Origin: an uncultured Muribaculaceae bacterium
GTDB taxonomy: Bacteria > Bacillota_I > Bacilli_A > RF39 > UBA660
Length of the DNA stretch: 64,000 bases
Assembly (NCBI GenBank): GCA_964425325.1
Contig: CAYRLX010000001.1
Location: 10,791 to 74,790, forward strand
Direction: 5' to 3'
The translations under genes and the position numbers were made by a program. Below, in pieces: positions 16,957-26,638 of the stretch; position 1 is the first letter of the stretch, and every line of letters begins with the position of its first letter. The notes under the pieces were generated by a model that was not told the DNA's origin, searched no databases, and saw only the letters and a program-made list of their open reading frames with translations.

Positions 16957-18435
16957 ATGACTAAAGAAGAATATGAAAAAGAACTAAAGCGTATACAAAA
17001 TGCAAGATTTTCTAAAGAAACTAAAGAAAGATTAATAAAAGAATTATCTGATGAATATAATTCAAGAAATGCTGAGAAACCAAAAGAAGGATTAAATAAA
17101 TTGTTATCGAGAGCAATCATAGGAACCATGGATAATCATCCACACGACCACGCTTTAGGAAATGGAATGGCTGTAGCTATATCAAAGTTATATAACGAAC
17201 ATTTATCAAATCTAGAAGCTGCAGAATTATTTTGTAATTATATTTCAGCAAAAAGTTTAAGATTTAATACTAGTTTAAGAGAAGAAGTTTTAAAATATTA
17301 TAGAGAAAATACTGACAGTAACATCATTATAGATATTATTAATCTTTTAAAAGAAAATACTAGAGAAAAAGATAAATTAGTAGATATAATGCATACTGTA
17401 AGTGAAATTATTAGACATAATGAAAAACAGAAAAATAGAACCACAAATGAATTTGAACAAGTTTTGATAATTTATCCTGGATACTTTATAAATAACACAA
17501 ATTATAAATTCTTTAATTTTTTATTTAAAGAATTTAAAGATAACATTGACATAGAAAAATTATTTGATGTTATTTCAAAAGAAGATGACATTGAAATAGA
17601 GGATATAACTAAGACGTGTTATAGTGTATTATCTAATATAGATGGATTTATATTAAGAGACTCTTACTCCGGAACACTTTTAGATGGGAAAATTGATCTA
17701 GCTAGTGATAGAGGATATAGAAGCAAACCATATTGGCCTCAGCAAGATGCTGTAGGAAGTTTAGCATACGATAACAACCACTTTATAAATGTAGTTGCAG
17801 ATGGTGTAGGAGGAACAGATAAAGGTCACGAAGCTAGTTTAGAATTTGTAAAAGAAATACTAAGTTGGTATAGAAATATATCAATTCAAGTTTTAGATGA
17901 TGTAGATAAAATGAGTTTTTTCCTTAACAGCATGGTAAAAGCAATTAACAAAAAGATATTAGATAAATATAATGGAATCGCACAAACAACATATGTTATT
18001 GCACTAACAGCTGGTGATAAAACGATTATATCCAATATAGGTGATTCTACAGCCTACGCATATGACGAGGATAGTGATCAGTTGATAGAACTTACAACCT
18101 TAGATTCATACTCGAATGGTCTAAGTTATGAACAAGCAAGAAACAACCCAAATAATAATGTTATAAAGGAAGACATAGGATATTCATACCAAATTAATCC
18201 ACATATAAATATAATAGAAAATAATGGACAAACTATTATACTATCTAGTGATGGAATAACAGATTTAGCTAGTGAAGAAACATTTAAAAGTTATTTTAGA
18301 GATAATACATCAGCTAGACAAATGGTCGATAATGCAGTATATAATCCAGATGATGCACCACATAAAAGAGAGGATAACGTATCCGCAATAAAAATAAAGC
18401 TTCCAAGTGGAAGAATAAAAAGAAGGGGGCTATAA
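16957..18435 (+). CDS. PP2C-family Ser/Thr protein phosphatase domain with an unknown N-terminal region of about 250 aa
   Basis: The C-terminal half has VADGVGGTDKGHEAS, NIGDSTAYAY and ILSSDGITD, the PP2C/SpoIIE-type metal-binding Asp motifs. Confidence 0.65.
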   Translation: MTKEEYEKELKRIQNARFSKETKERLIKELSDEYNSRNAEKPKEGLNKLLSRAIIGTMDNHPHDHALGNGMAVAISKLYNEHLSNLEAAELFCNYISAKSLRFNTSLREEVLKYYRENTDSNIIIDIINLLKENTREKDKLVDIMHTVSEIIRHNEKQKNRTTNEFEQVLIIYPGYFINNTNYKFFNFLFKEFKDNIDIEKLFDVISKEDDIEIEDITKTCYSVLSNIDGFILRDSYSGTLLDGKIDLASDRGYRSKPYWPQQDAVGSLAYDNNHFINVVADGVGGTDKGHEASLEFVKEILSWYRNISIQVLDDVDKMSFFLNSMVKAINKKILDKYNGIAQTTYVIALTAGDKTIISNIGDSTAYAYDEDSDQLIELTTLDSYSNGLSYEQARNNPNNNVIKEDIGYSYQINPHINIIENNGQTIILSSDGITDLASEETFKSYFRDNTSARQMVDNAVYNPDDAPHKREDNVSAIKIKLPSGRIKRRGL

Positions 18436-18436
18436 A

Positions 18437-18697
18437 ATGGAAGAAGATAAAATAATTATAGAAACAAAAGAAGGTCCAAAAGAATTTTATAAATTGGCTA
18501 CATTTTACAGTAACAAAAGAGATAAAAGATATTTAATATATACAGATAAAGAATATACAGACGGCTTATTAAATGTTTATGGAAGTATCATAGAAACAGG
18601 AAATGATAAAGTAAAATTTATCGAATTAGATGAAGAAGATAAAAAAATAATAGAAAAAGCAATAAATAAATTAAAAGAAAGCAATATAACTATCTAA
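18437..18697 (+). CDS. DUF1292-like small acidic protein (86 aa)
   Basis: Starts 1 nt after the PP2C gene stop. The pattern E..G.E.EFyklatF......YLIYTD......L.vyg..IE.....v.fieLdEEd resembles the DUF1292 family. Confidence 0.45.
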   Translation: MEEDKIIIETKEGPKEFYKLATFYSNKRDKRYLIYTDKEYTDGLLNVYGSIIETGNDKVKFIELDEEDKKIIEKAINKLKESNITI

Positions 18698-18726
18698 TAA
18701 AAAATTATGATAGTAGAAGGTGTTAT

Positions 18727-20571
18727 ATGCAAAAATATAAAAATAAAATCAAAGATATCATTTTAAATGGCAAAGAGGAAGTATTTAAAAAAAGACAAAA
18801 AGAAATTGCTCCAAAATTAAAAGAGATAATTAATGAATATAAGAAAATTATATCAGAAAATAAAGAACTATTTGATAATTATCATAATTCATTTTATGAT
18901 GAAAAAAATATAGACACGGCTAATGAATTAATTAACTATTTTAGTAATGAATTAAATAAACTAGAACTTACAGAGTTCGATTTAGATTTAATAATTGACG
19001 ACAATAAAATGACACTTCTAGATTTTATATTAAAATATAAACCAGCGCTTACCTTAGATAATTTCAGTTTAGGTGGTTCATATAATAAAATAGGAATTAA
19101 ATTCCTAGAAAAAATATTAACTAGCAATGACAAAGAATATATAAAATATCTCCATGAAATAGGCTTTTATGGAAGTCCAGAATTATTTTTAACAGAAATA
19201 AATGGGAAAAAAGTAATAGACTATTTAATTGATAATTATGAATTGTATCATAGCTTTTGTGGCATAAAGTTTAATTTAGTAATAAACGATTTTGAAGTAA
19301 AAAAATACGTATTGGATAATATCCAAACAGGAAAATATAATTTTCAAAAAAAAGAAAAAATGTTTACTATTTTAAATACAATGAATTATACAATACAAGA
19401 ATTATTCAAAACAATTACAATTAATGGTGAAAAAACAAGTATATTTGAACTTTATCTATCAGAAAATATATTAAAAGATAAATTAAATAATGTAATTGTA
19501 CCAGATTACATATTAAACATTTTAATAAGAAAATTTAAAGAAACAGATAACGAAAAATTAAAAAAAGAAATACGTGATTGTATAAATAATATTTGCTTAG
19601 ATAAGAAAGTGGTAGAAAAAATCGATGAAAAAACAAAAGACTACTTAAAAAAAGCAAACATAAATTTAAAAATAGTAAATAAAGAATATTATGAATCTGA
19701 AGAAGAAAAATTTAATAAAAAAATTGAAGAACTAATAAATATATTAAAAGAAGGAACACCTTCAACAGATAGTTTAATAAAATACGTAATAGAAAATTAT
19801 ATAAATATGTATAAAATTAATAGCCCGCTAGCCTTGACAGAAATAGAAACACTGATATTAATAAAAAAGAATAACCCAAATTTTCATATAGAAGATTCTA
19901 ATGTTGGTCCAAATTTTGATAATGACACTATTCATTTAATTTTAACAGATAAAACTCATCCACATTACCATGTTGAAGATAATTATAGTGTATTTAATCA
20001 TGAAATGACACATGCATTTCAATACTATTGCTTTAATGATAATACTCCAAGAGAGTATTATTCTACACTTCCTAATAAAGAAGATATAGCAGATTTAGTA
20101 GCAGAATACTCAGAATATATAATCAATAAAATGAACTCTGTTATTGACACTTTAAATTTAAAACCAGATTCCATTGATAAAGAAAAAAGAATAAAATATA
20201 TATCTCTTAATTTATTTGGCTACGAAAGAGAAATAATAGATATATTTGATACTATTTTATGTTTTACTGATCATCTAAAACAGTTAGGCTTTGAAAAAGC
20301 AGATTTGATTGAAGGCCATCCTTACGACTATATGAAATATGGAGGATATGACTTTTCAGAGATGCTCGCAGATTATAAGTCAGTTATGTCTTCAGATAGA
20401 GAAGAATTAAAAACAATCGTCAAAAATATATTGCCTGATAGTTGTACATATTTTATCGAAAATTTCTATATGAATATGCTAAAAAATTATATTAATATAT
20501 ATGCACATGAATATAGTGATGAAATAAGAAAAGAACAAGAAGAAATAAAAGTATCACATACTGAAAGATAA
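18727..20571 (+). CDS. hypothetical protein with HExxH zincin motif (614 aa)
   Basis: FNHEMTHAFQYY in the C-terminal third. No signal peptide. Confidence 0.55.
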   Translation: MQKYKNKIKDIILNGKEEVFKKRQKEIAPKLKEIINEYKKIISENKELFDNYHNSFYDEKNIDTANELINYFSNELNKLELTEFDLDLIIDDNKMTLLDFILKYKPALTLDNFSLGGSYNKIGIKFLEKILTSNDKEYIKYLHEIGFYGSPELFLTEINGKKVIDYLIDNYELYHSFCGIKFNLVINDFEVKKYVLDNIQTGKYNFQKKEKMFTILNTMNYTIQELFKTITINGEKTSIFELYLSENILKDKLNNVIVPDYILNILIRKFKETDNEKLKKEIRDCINNICLDKKVVEKIDEKTKDYLKKANINLKIVNKEYYESEEEKFNKKIEELINILKEGTPSTDSLIKYVIENYINMYKINSPLALTEIETLILIKKNNPNFHIEDSNVGPNFDNDTIHLILTDKTHPHYHVEDNYSVFNHEMTHAFQYYCFNDNTPREYYSTLPNKEDIADLVAEYSEYIINKMNSVIDTLNLKPDSIDKEKRIKYISLNLFGYEREIIDIFDTILCFTDHLKQLGFEKADLIEGHPYDYMKYGGYDFSEMLADYKSVMSSDREELKTIVKNILPDSCTYFIENFYMNMLKNYINIYAHEYSDEIRKEQEEIKVSHTER

Positions 20572-20592
20572 ACATGTAAGTTTATCTTTTTT
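20566..20592 (+). terminator. Rho-independent terminator
   Basis: AGATAAAC / GTTTATCT stem followed by TTTTT, overlapping the stop codon. Confidence 0.6.
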
Positions 20593-20654
20593 AACATTAG
20601 TTTGAAAAAGAGAATATTAATTGTTATAATCAACATTAGAAAAGGAGTAATAAC

Positions 20655-21155
20655 ATGTTAAAAATAAATGGCTATGAATTCGATATAAAAGAGTCAAGCA
20701 TAAATATAACCCCTTTATTTTATGCCGGAGAAGAAATATGTAAAAATGCTTATATTTTTATAGAATTTCACGACAAGAAAATAAATAATAAAACAAGAGG
20801 AGGAACATTTAGTTTTGTTATAAACAATATTTCTTTAAATGATAAAAATGAAATAATTCTTAGAAAGTACGAAAATAATGAGGAAAACGAAAAAGAAATA
20901 TATAAAAATATAAGTCATGAACTAGAAAGAATTGACACAGTTAGTTTAAAAGCTGATTATTCGACTAATATATTAGAAATAGATAATCTATGGAATGCAG
21001 ATATCTTTGATAGTAAAGCTTATATAAACTTTATCGAAAAAAAAGAAAATGAATATGTAATAAATTATTTAACTGAATTTAAAATAGAAGAAATAACACC
21101 TTACGAAGATAAAATTACATTAGAATTTAAAGGGTATTTAACATATTCTAAATAA
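20655..21155 (+). CDS. hypothetical protein (166 aa)
   Basis: RBS AAAGGAG upstream. Beta-rich, no known motif. Confidence 0.6.
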   Translation: MLKINGYEFDIKESSINITPLFYAGEEICKNAYIFIEFHDKKINNKTRGGTFSFVINNISLNDKNEIILRKYENNEENEKEIYKNISHELERIDTVSLKADYSTNILEIDNLWNADIFDSKAYINFIEKKENEYVINYLTEFKIEEITPYEDKITLEFKGYLTYSK

Positions 21156-21188
21156 AAAAAATAAAAGTAAGTTGAAGGAGTTTAAAGT

Positions 21189-22364
21189 ATGAATAAAGAA
21201 GAACTAATCAATAAAATAATCGATATAGTTAATTTTATCACAAACGGAAAAGTAAAAATGTTTAATCAAACATTTAATGGACATCCTTGTTTTTATTTAC
21301 TTCATACGAAAGAAGAACTTAAACAGAAACTAGATAGTATATTAAAAGAAAAAAAATATGACAATTACGACCTTTATTATTATACAAATTATATGTTCAA
21401 GTATATGCTGAATAAATATGATTCACATACTAAAATTAAGTTTATTAATGATAAGTACCTACCAATCAAAATAAAAATTTTTAATAAAATACCATATATT
21501 GTAGACTGCAATAATGAATATAAAAAATATAAAGGAGCTAAAATAATAAAAATTAATGATATTAATATAGATATAATCAATAAAGAGCTTGAAAAAATAA
21601 TTTGCTATCCATCTGATAATTATCTAAAAATAGAATTAGAAAAATATCTATCCGATGTAAATGTACTTAAATCATTACCATCAGTAAATATATCAAATAT
21701 AATTAAATTAAAAACAAATAAAGGTGAAATAATTTTTGATTTAGATAACTTAAGTGAATATAAAGATATAAATATAAAAGAAAACTACAGTTTAGAAATA
21801 ATAAATAAAACAGCACTAATAACATACAACTCCTGCAGAGATGAAGAAAAAATGATAGATCTTATTAACAAACTAAGTAATATGAATAAGATAGATAATT
21901 ACATAATTGATATAAGAGGAAACGGTGGAGGAAATTCAAAAGTTAATAAACCATTAGAAAAATTTCTAAAAAATAAAAAAACAATAGTACTATGTGATGA
22001 AAAAGTTTTCTCAAGTGCTATAATGATATTGATAACTCTAAAAAATCAAGGAGCGATTATCATAGGTACTCCTCCAGCTACATCTATTAATTATTTTGGT
22101 AATTGTGCAATGCAAAAAGAACTAAAAAACATGAATTTAAAAGTAATGGGAAGTGCTACTTATTGGTATTATGATGAAAATTTAAAACTTCATGGATATT
22201 ATAAAGATGATTTTAAAAAAGCACTAAAAGAAAATCCAAATATGATAAAACCTATTTTTATAGATGTAGATAAAAAGATAGAATTAACATTAGAAGATTA
22301 CATTAATAATAATGACTCAGTACTAAATTATGCATTAAATAAATTACAAGGAAAGATGAAATAA
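21189..22364 (+). CDS. S41-family (tail-specific/C-terminal processing) peptidase-like protein
   Basis: IIDIRGNGGGN matches the S41 D(L/I)RxNxGG motif, with a downstream Ser/Lys region (VFSSAIMIL...). No signal peptide. Confidence 0.55.
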   Translation: MNKEELINKIIDIVNFITNGKVKMFNQTFNGHPCFYLLHTKEELKQKLDSILKEKKYDNYDLYYYTNYMFKYMLNKYDSHTKIKFINDKYLPIKIKIFNKIPYIVDCNNEYKKYKGAKIIKINDINIDIINKELEKIICYPSDNYLKIELEKYLSDVNVLKSLPSVNISNIIKLKTNKGEIIFDLDNLSEYKDINIKENYSLEIINKTALITYNSCRDEEKMIDLINKLSNMNKIDNYIIDIRGNGGGNSKVNKPLEKFLKNKKTIVLCDEKVFSSAIMILITLKNQGAIIIGTPPATSINYFGNCAMQKELKNMNLKVMGSATYWYYDENLKLHGYYKDDFKKALKENPNMIKPIFIDVDKKIELTLEDYINNNDSVLNYALNKLQGKMK

Positions 22365-22572
22365 ATGAGAAAAATAAAAGGTAAAGAAATAAACAATTAA
22401 AAAGAAGCAAAAAAAATAAATCTAAAAGAAGTTAGAGTTGATTGTTTAGATAGCAATAAAGCATCGGTTAAAATAATAGAAGCTAATAAAGGAAAGAAAT
22501 ATAAAAGTATATTAAAAAATGGAGAGAAAATAAACTTATATATATTTGAAATATAAAAAAGAAAGGATAAAT

Positions 22573-23115
22573 ATGATAATAAATCACAAAGGAACAAAAA
22601 CTCTTAAGACAGAAAGGCTCATCTTAAAGGCAGTAGAAGAAAAAGATTATAAAAGTCTTTATGAAAATTTGTTTGGAGATAAAGAAGCGTGTGAAATATG
22701 TAAATGGAAATATTGGGAAACTTATGAAGAATTTAAGAAAGAACAAACAATTATAAAGGATAAAAATTATTATAATTGGATAATATATTTAAAAGATAAA
22801 ACACCAGTAGGTATGATTGGGGTCCATACTCAAGATGATAAAAACTATAGTTGTATTATTGGCTACCAAATTCATCCAAAATATCAAAATAATGGATACT
22901 GTACAGAAGCTTTAAAAGAGGTAGCTAGTTTTCTCATAAAGGAAGTAGGATATTACAGATTAGTTTGCGAGTATGAGGATAATAATATAGCATCTAAAAG
23001 AGTAATGGAAAAAGCAGGGTTCATTTATGAAGGAACTAATAGAAGATCAGTATATAAAAATAATAGATTTAAGGATATACACGTTTATTCATTAATCAAA
23101 GAAGATTTAAAATAA
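22573..23115 (+). CDS. GNAT N-acetyltransferase (RimJ/RimL-like)
   Basis: TERLILKAV..., QIHPKYQNNGYCTEALKEV, NIASKRVMEKAGFIYEG. Start placed at ATG 22573, after the RBS AAAGGA. Confidence 0.75.
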   Translation: MIINHKGTKTLKTERLILKAVEEKDYKSLYENLFGDKEACEICKWKYWETYEEFKKEQTIIKDKNYYNWIIYLKDKTPVGMIGVHTQDDKNYSCIIGYQIHPKYQNNGYCTEALKEVASFLIKEVGYYRLVCEYEDNNIASKRVMEKAGFIYEGTNRRSVYKNNRFKDIHVYSLIKEDLK

Positions 23116-23130
23116 ATCAATAGTGTAAAT

Positions 23131-23188
23131 TTGACAAAAATAAAAAATAATATATAATAAGCACTCGAAATTAATTAAAAAGGGAGTG
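23131..23188 (+). promoter_or_regulatory. AATTTGACAA-family promoter plus anti-SD/SD leader hairpin
   Basis: TTGACA 23131-23136, 16-nt spacer, TATAAT 23153-23158. CACTC (23162-23166) pairs with GAGTG (23184-23188) inside the SD AGGGAGTG. ATG at 23195. Confidence 0.6.
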
Positions 23189-23194
23189 AATTAT

Positions 23195-24187
23195 ATGAAA
23201 GCTGATGCTCAAGAACAAAAAAGACTACAAACAATAATGCTAACAAGTGGTTCTTCATCATATGAAACAGACTATTTTAATTCAAATTCATACAATAGTC
23301 TAAGACAGACAATGCATGAAAATTTACCTAAGAGGAATTATGAATTAAATATCCCGCTTTGCTCAAAAAGCGAAGTAATTAATGCTGGAAGATATGTTAT
23401 AGATAAACATTTCGGAAACTTAGATTTAAGGGTTAGATTTGCAGATGGAGACGACATGGAATCACAATTACATGCAATTTTTGGATCTAATCCTGCTCCA
23501 GATAAATATGAAGATATAATAAGATATATAAACAATCATATTTCTCTTTTGAAAGTAACAAATATTCCAGTTTCTCTAAACTGTAATCAAGAGACAAACG
23601 GGTATGTAAGGTCAACAATTTTTTATAATCCAAATGATATGGAAGAAGAGTATTTTAAAAATCTCCCAGACTGTGTGAGCAAAATAGGATTAGAAGGACC
23701 ATGTAATGAAAATATGAAATGCATGCACGTTCACGAAATGGCTCATGCATTAATTAACAGACATAAAGGAAGCATACAAAACTTGTTAAATGATGAGGCT
23801 TTTTCAATATTTATGGAAAAAGTTGCTGCAGATGATCTTGACCCAGACGGAAAATTACTAGACTTCAAAACAATAATTAGATTATTACAAATAAAACAAA
23901 ATATATTAGATAATGAAGTATTAGAATATAATGAAAGCAACTTCTTAGGAGCACTTCAAGTCAAAAAATATATAATATCTACTCTGCACGCTACCGCACT
24001 TTTTAATACATATTCAAGATCAAGTAAAAAAATTAAAAAAGAAATAGATACATCTTTAGGAAAAGTTATTTGCGGAGAAGATACCTTAGAAAGTGTTTTA
24101 GAACATTATGAAGCTAGCTTAGATAGAGGAACTAGAATAATGAATAGGCAAATAAAAGAATATCAAAAAAAGATTGCCAAGAACTAA
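23195..24187 (+). CDS. hypothetical protein with HExxH zincin motif (330 aa)
   Basis: HVHEMAHALINRH. Start placed at ATG 23195 rather than GTG 23186 because of SD spacing. Confidence 0.55.
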   Translation: MKADAQEQKRLQTIMLTSGSSSYETDYFNSNSYNSLRQTMHENLPKRNYELNIPLCSKSEVINAGRYVIDKHFGNLDLRVRFADGDDMESQLHAIFGSNPAPDKYEDIIRYINNHISLLKVTNIPVSLNCNQETNGYVRSTIFYNPNDMEEEYFKNLPDCVSKIGLEGPCNENMKCMHVHEMAHALINRHKGSIQNLLNDEAFSIFMEKVAADDLDPDGKLLDFKTIIRLLQIKQNILDNEVLEYNESNFLGALQVKKYIISTLHATALFNTYSRSSKKIKKEIDTSLGKVICGEDTLESVLEHYEASLDRGTRIMNRQIKEYQKKIAKN

Positions 24188-24259
24188 GTAAGGTATAAAT
24201 AATACTTTACTTTTTTAATGTAAGCATTTATCATAATATTAGAAAAAAGGAAGTGACCT

Positions 24260-24712
24260 ATGAAAAATTTAAGAGAATTTAGATATGCATTTGTGTACAA
24301 AGATGAAGATTTAACCAAGGGCAAGATAAGTGCAAAATTTACTAAAGAAAAAGAAATAAAGAAAAATATAAAAACAAAAAAAGGATTTGTTATTAACTTA
24401 ATAGCATATAACAGTAAAAATGAGGAATATGAAATTAATATGTTACTAAACTTAGATAAAGAAGAATTAAATAACATGCCTAATAAATTTGTTAATATAT
24501 CTGATAAAGAATGTTTTATTGATTTTTATAGGCCTAATATAAATAACGTTCCTACTATTGGATTAAGTAGAGTTGATGATTTATATTCAAATCCAGGAAA
24601 TATATGGGTACTAAAAGAAAGTGATAATACATACTTTTTTAAAATATCTATTCCAGAGGAAAATCTATTTATATGGTTTTATTTAGAAAAGGATATGATA
24701 GTGAATGAATAA
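24260..24712 (+). CDS. hypothetical protein (150 aa)
   Basis: RBS AAGGAAG upstream. Overlaps the next gene by 8 nt (ATGAATAA). Confidence 0.6.
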   Translation: MKNLREFRYAFVYKDEDLTKGKISAKFTKEKEIKKNIKTKKGFVINLIAYNSKNEEYEINMLLNLDKEELNNMPNKFVNISDKECFIDFYRPNINNVPTIGLSRVDDLYSNPGNIWVLKESDNTYFFKISIPEENLFIWFYLEKDMIVNE

Positions 24713-25256
24713 TAAAGAAGAATATTTTAAAGCACAAATAAAACTTAACAATTTCTATAATTTATATAACTCAATAGATAAAAAAACTAACAAAAAAATA
24801 AAAGATATATTTGATTATAAAAGAATAAAAGATAATACTTTTATATTCGATAAATATACTTCTATTCTCTATGAAGAAATGATAAATATTATTTATGATT
24901 GTTTCAAATTTCAATTACAAACAATTTATAAACTATTAAATAACAAAGAAGAAAATAATATTAAAACAATTATTAATGACATGCCAGTTCAAATAATAAA
25001 TGTAATCAATAAAAGCTTATTTGATGAAATTAAATTAGAAGATTTTATAAATATTAAAGAAGAAAAAGACAAACCTACATTATATTATGTATCTACATGC
25101 TGCGATTACTTAATGGATATATTAGAAATGTTCTATGAAACTGAGAAGTATGAAAAAACAAGAGAAAAATTCTTACAAAGAGATGAAGGAATAGAAGAAA
25201 AACAAGTATTAGACCTAATAAAAGCAAATAAAGGTAATAATAAAGTAAATAAATAA
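24705..25256 (+). CDS. hypothetical protein (183 aa)
   Basis: Translationally coupled to the 24260-24712 gene. Confidence 0.6.
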   Translation: MNNKEEYFKAQIKLNNFYNLYNSIDKKTNKKIKDIFDYKRIKDNTFIFDKYTSILYEEMINIIYDCFKFQLQTIYKLLNNKEENNIKTIINDMPVQIINVINKSLFDEIKLEDFINIKEEKDKPTLYYVSTCCDYLMDILEMFYETEKYEKTREKFLQRDEGIEEKQVLDLIKANKGNNKVNK

Positions 25257-25295
25257 AATAATAATGTATTAAAGCATATATAAAAAGGTGATAAA

Positions 25296-25868
25296 ATGAA
25301 TAACTTATATTTAATAGAAGATAGTGAAATGAAAGATATCGAAAAAATAAAAGAATATAATGAAGATTTTATGAGAGCAAACCCTAATTGGATACCATTT
25401 GTTACAGAAGATAATTTTGAAGAATTTTTAAAAGAAATAGAAGATAAAAAACAAGGAATTGGAAATGACGGATTAAAGGAAATATTTTACTGGTTTATGG
25501 AAGAAGGCAAAATAATAGGATCTGGAAGTATAAGATTAAATCCAGAAATAGATGAATATACAGAAAAAGTATGTGGACATTTATTTTATCAAATTATCCC
25601 TTCTAAAAGAGGAAAAGGTTATGGAACTATGCTTTGTCATTTACTTTTAGAAAAAATGAAAGAATTAGGATTCAAAGAAGCATTAATCTCATGTTTTGAT
25701 ACAAATATTGGATCTATAAAGATAATAGAAAACAATGGCGGACAGTTTATAGAATATTATATTGATGAAAATGAACAAAACCCAGAATATAGAAAAAACA
25801 GAAGATATAAATTTGATATTGAAAAATCTTTAGAACAATTTGATATAAAAACAATAATAAAAAAATAA
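25296..25868 (+). CDS. GNAT acetyltransferase (paralogue of the 32288-32893 product)
   Basis: GHLFYQIIPSKRGKGYGTMLCHLLLEKMKELGFKEALISC...NIGSIKIIENNGGQF. Collinear with the 32288 gene product. Confidence 0.7.
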   Translation: MNNLYLIEDSEMKDIEKIKEYNEDFMRANPNWIPFVTEDNFEEFLKEIEDKKQGIGNDGLKEIFYWFMEEGKIIGSGSIRLNPEIDEYTEKVCGHLFYQIIPSKRGKGYGTMLCHLLLEKMKELGFKEALISCFDTNIGSIKIIENNGGQFIEYYIDENEQNPEYRKNRRYKFDIEKSLEQFDIKTIIKK

Positions 25869-25920
25869 TTAACAATTATACTTAAATAAATGATATAATA
25901 AACTAGAAAGTAGGGATATA

Positions 25921-26520
25921 ATGGATGGATTAAATATAACACCAATGGATATCTATAATGAAAACGAAGATGATTTAGATATTGATACTATCATTTATTA
26001 TTTATTAAAAGGTGGAGAACTAGATGAAGTTCCAGAAAAATTTATAACACAAGAACATTTATACTATTCACTCCAAAGTATTTCTGATAAAATTTTAGCA
26101 GGAAAAGGAAAAGAAATTTCACCGGTTGTTACTAAATTCATTCAACGATATTTGGGAATAGGCGCTAAAAAGAAAATAAATAGTAGTAAAATCAGACTAT
26201 CTTATGATGAATATTATGCAGCATCATGGGGTGCTAATTGGTTAAAGTATTTTAGATTTGACGAAAAATATAAAAATGTTAACGGTAAAATAACAACAAT
26301 TAAATACATAGGAGAAGATGGCAGTCAAATAGAAATCACCAAAGAAATGGCTGAAGAAGTAATTAGCATATTAATTGAAAATGATATACAACCTATTAAC
26401 TGTATAGTAAATACTGCACTGTTAAAATATGCAGGCGGTAATTTAGAACAATTAATCACACAAATAAAATCTTATGATAATTATAAAAGTGAAACAGAAA
26501 AAAATGCTAGAAGACGATAA
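25921..26520 (+). CDS. hypothetical protein (199 aa)
   Basis: ORF with upstream purine-rich RBS (AGTAGGGA). No motif. Confidence 0.55.
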   Translation: MDGLNITPMDIYNENEDDLDIDTIIYYLLKGGELDEVPEKFITQEHLYYSLQSISDKILAGKGKEISPVVTKFIQRYLGIGAKKKINSSKIRLSYDEYYAASWGANWLKYFRFDEKYKNVNGKITTIKYIGEDGSQIEITKEMAEEVISILIENDIQPINCIVNTALLKYAGGNLEQLITQIKSYDNYKSETEKNARRR

Positions 26521-26565
26521 AGTCTCCTAGTATTTTTTTATATAAAAAAGGTAATTAATGTGAAT

Positions 26566-26633
26566 TTGACAAAAACATAAAAAAGCTTATAATAAACACC
26601 CGAAATTGAAAGATTTATATCTAAAAGGGGTGT
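26566..26633 (+). promoter_or_regulatory. AATTTGACAA-family promoter plus anti-SD/SD leader hairpin
   Basis: TTGACA 26566-26571, 16-nt spacer, TATAAT 26588-26593. ACACCC (26596-26601) pairs with GGGTGT (26628-26633) in the SD. The leader shares C(T/C)CGAAATT with the 23161 leader. Confidence 0.6.
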
Positions 26634-26638
26634 TATAA

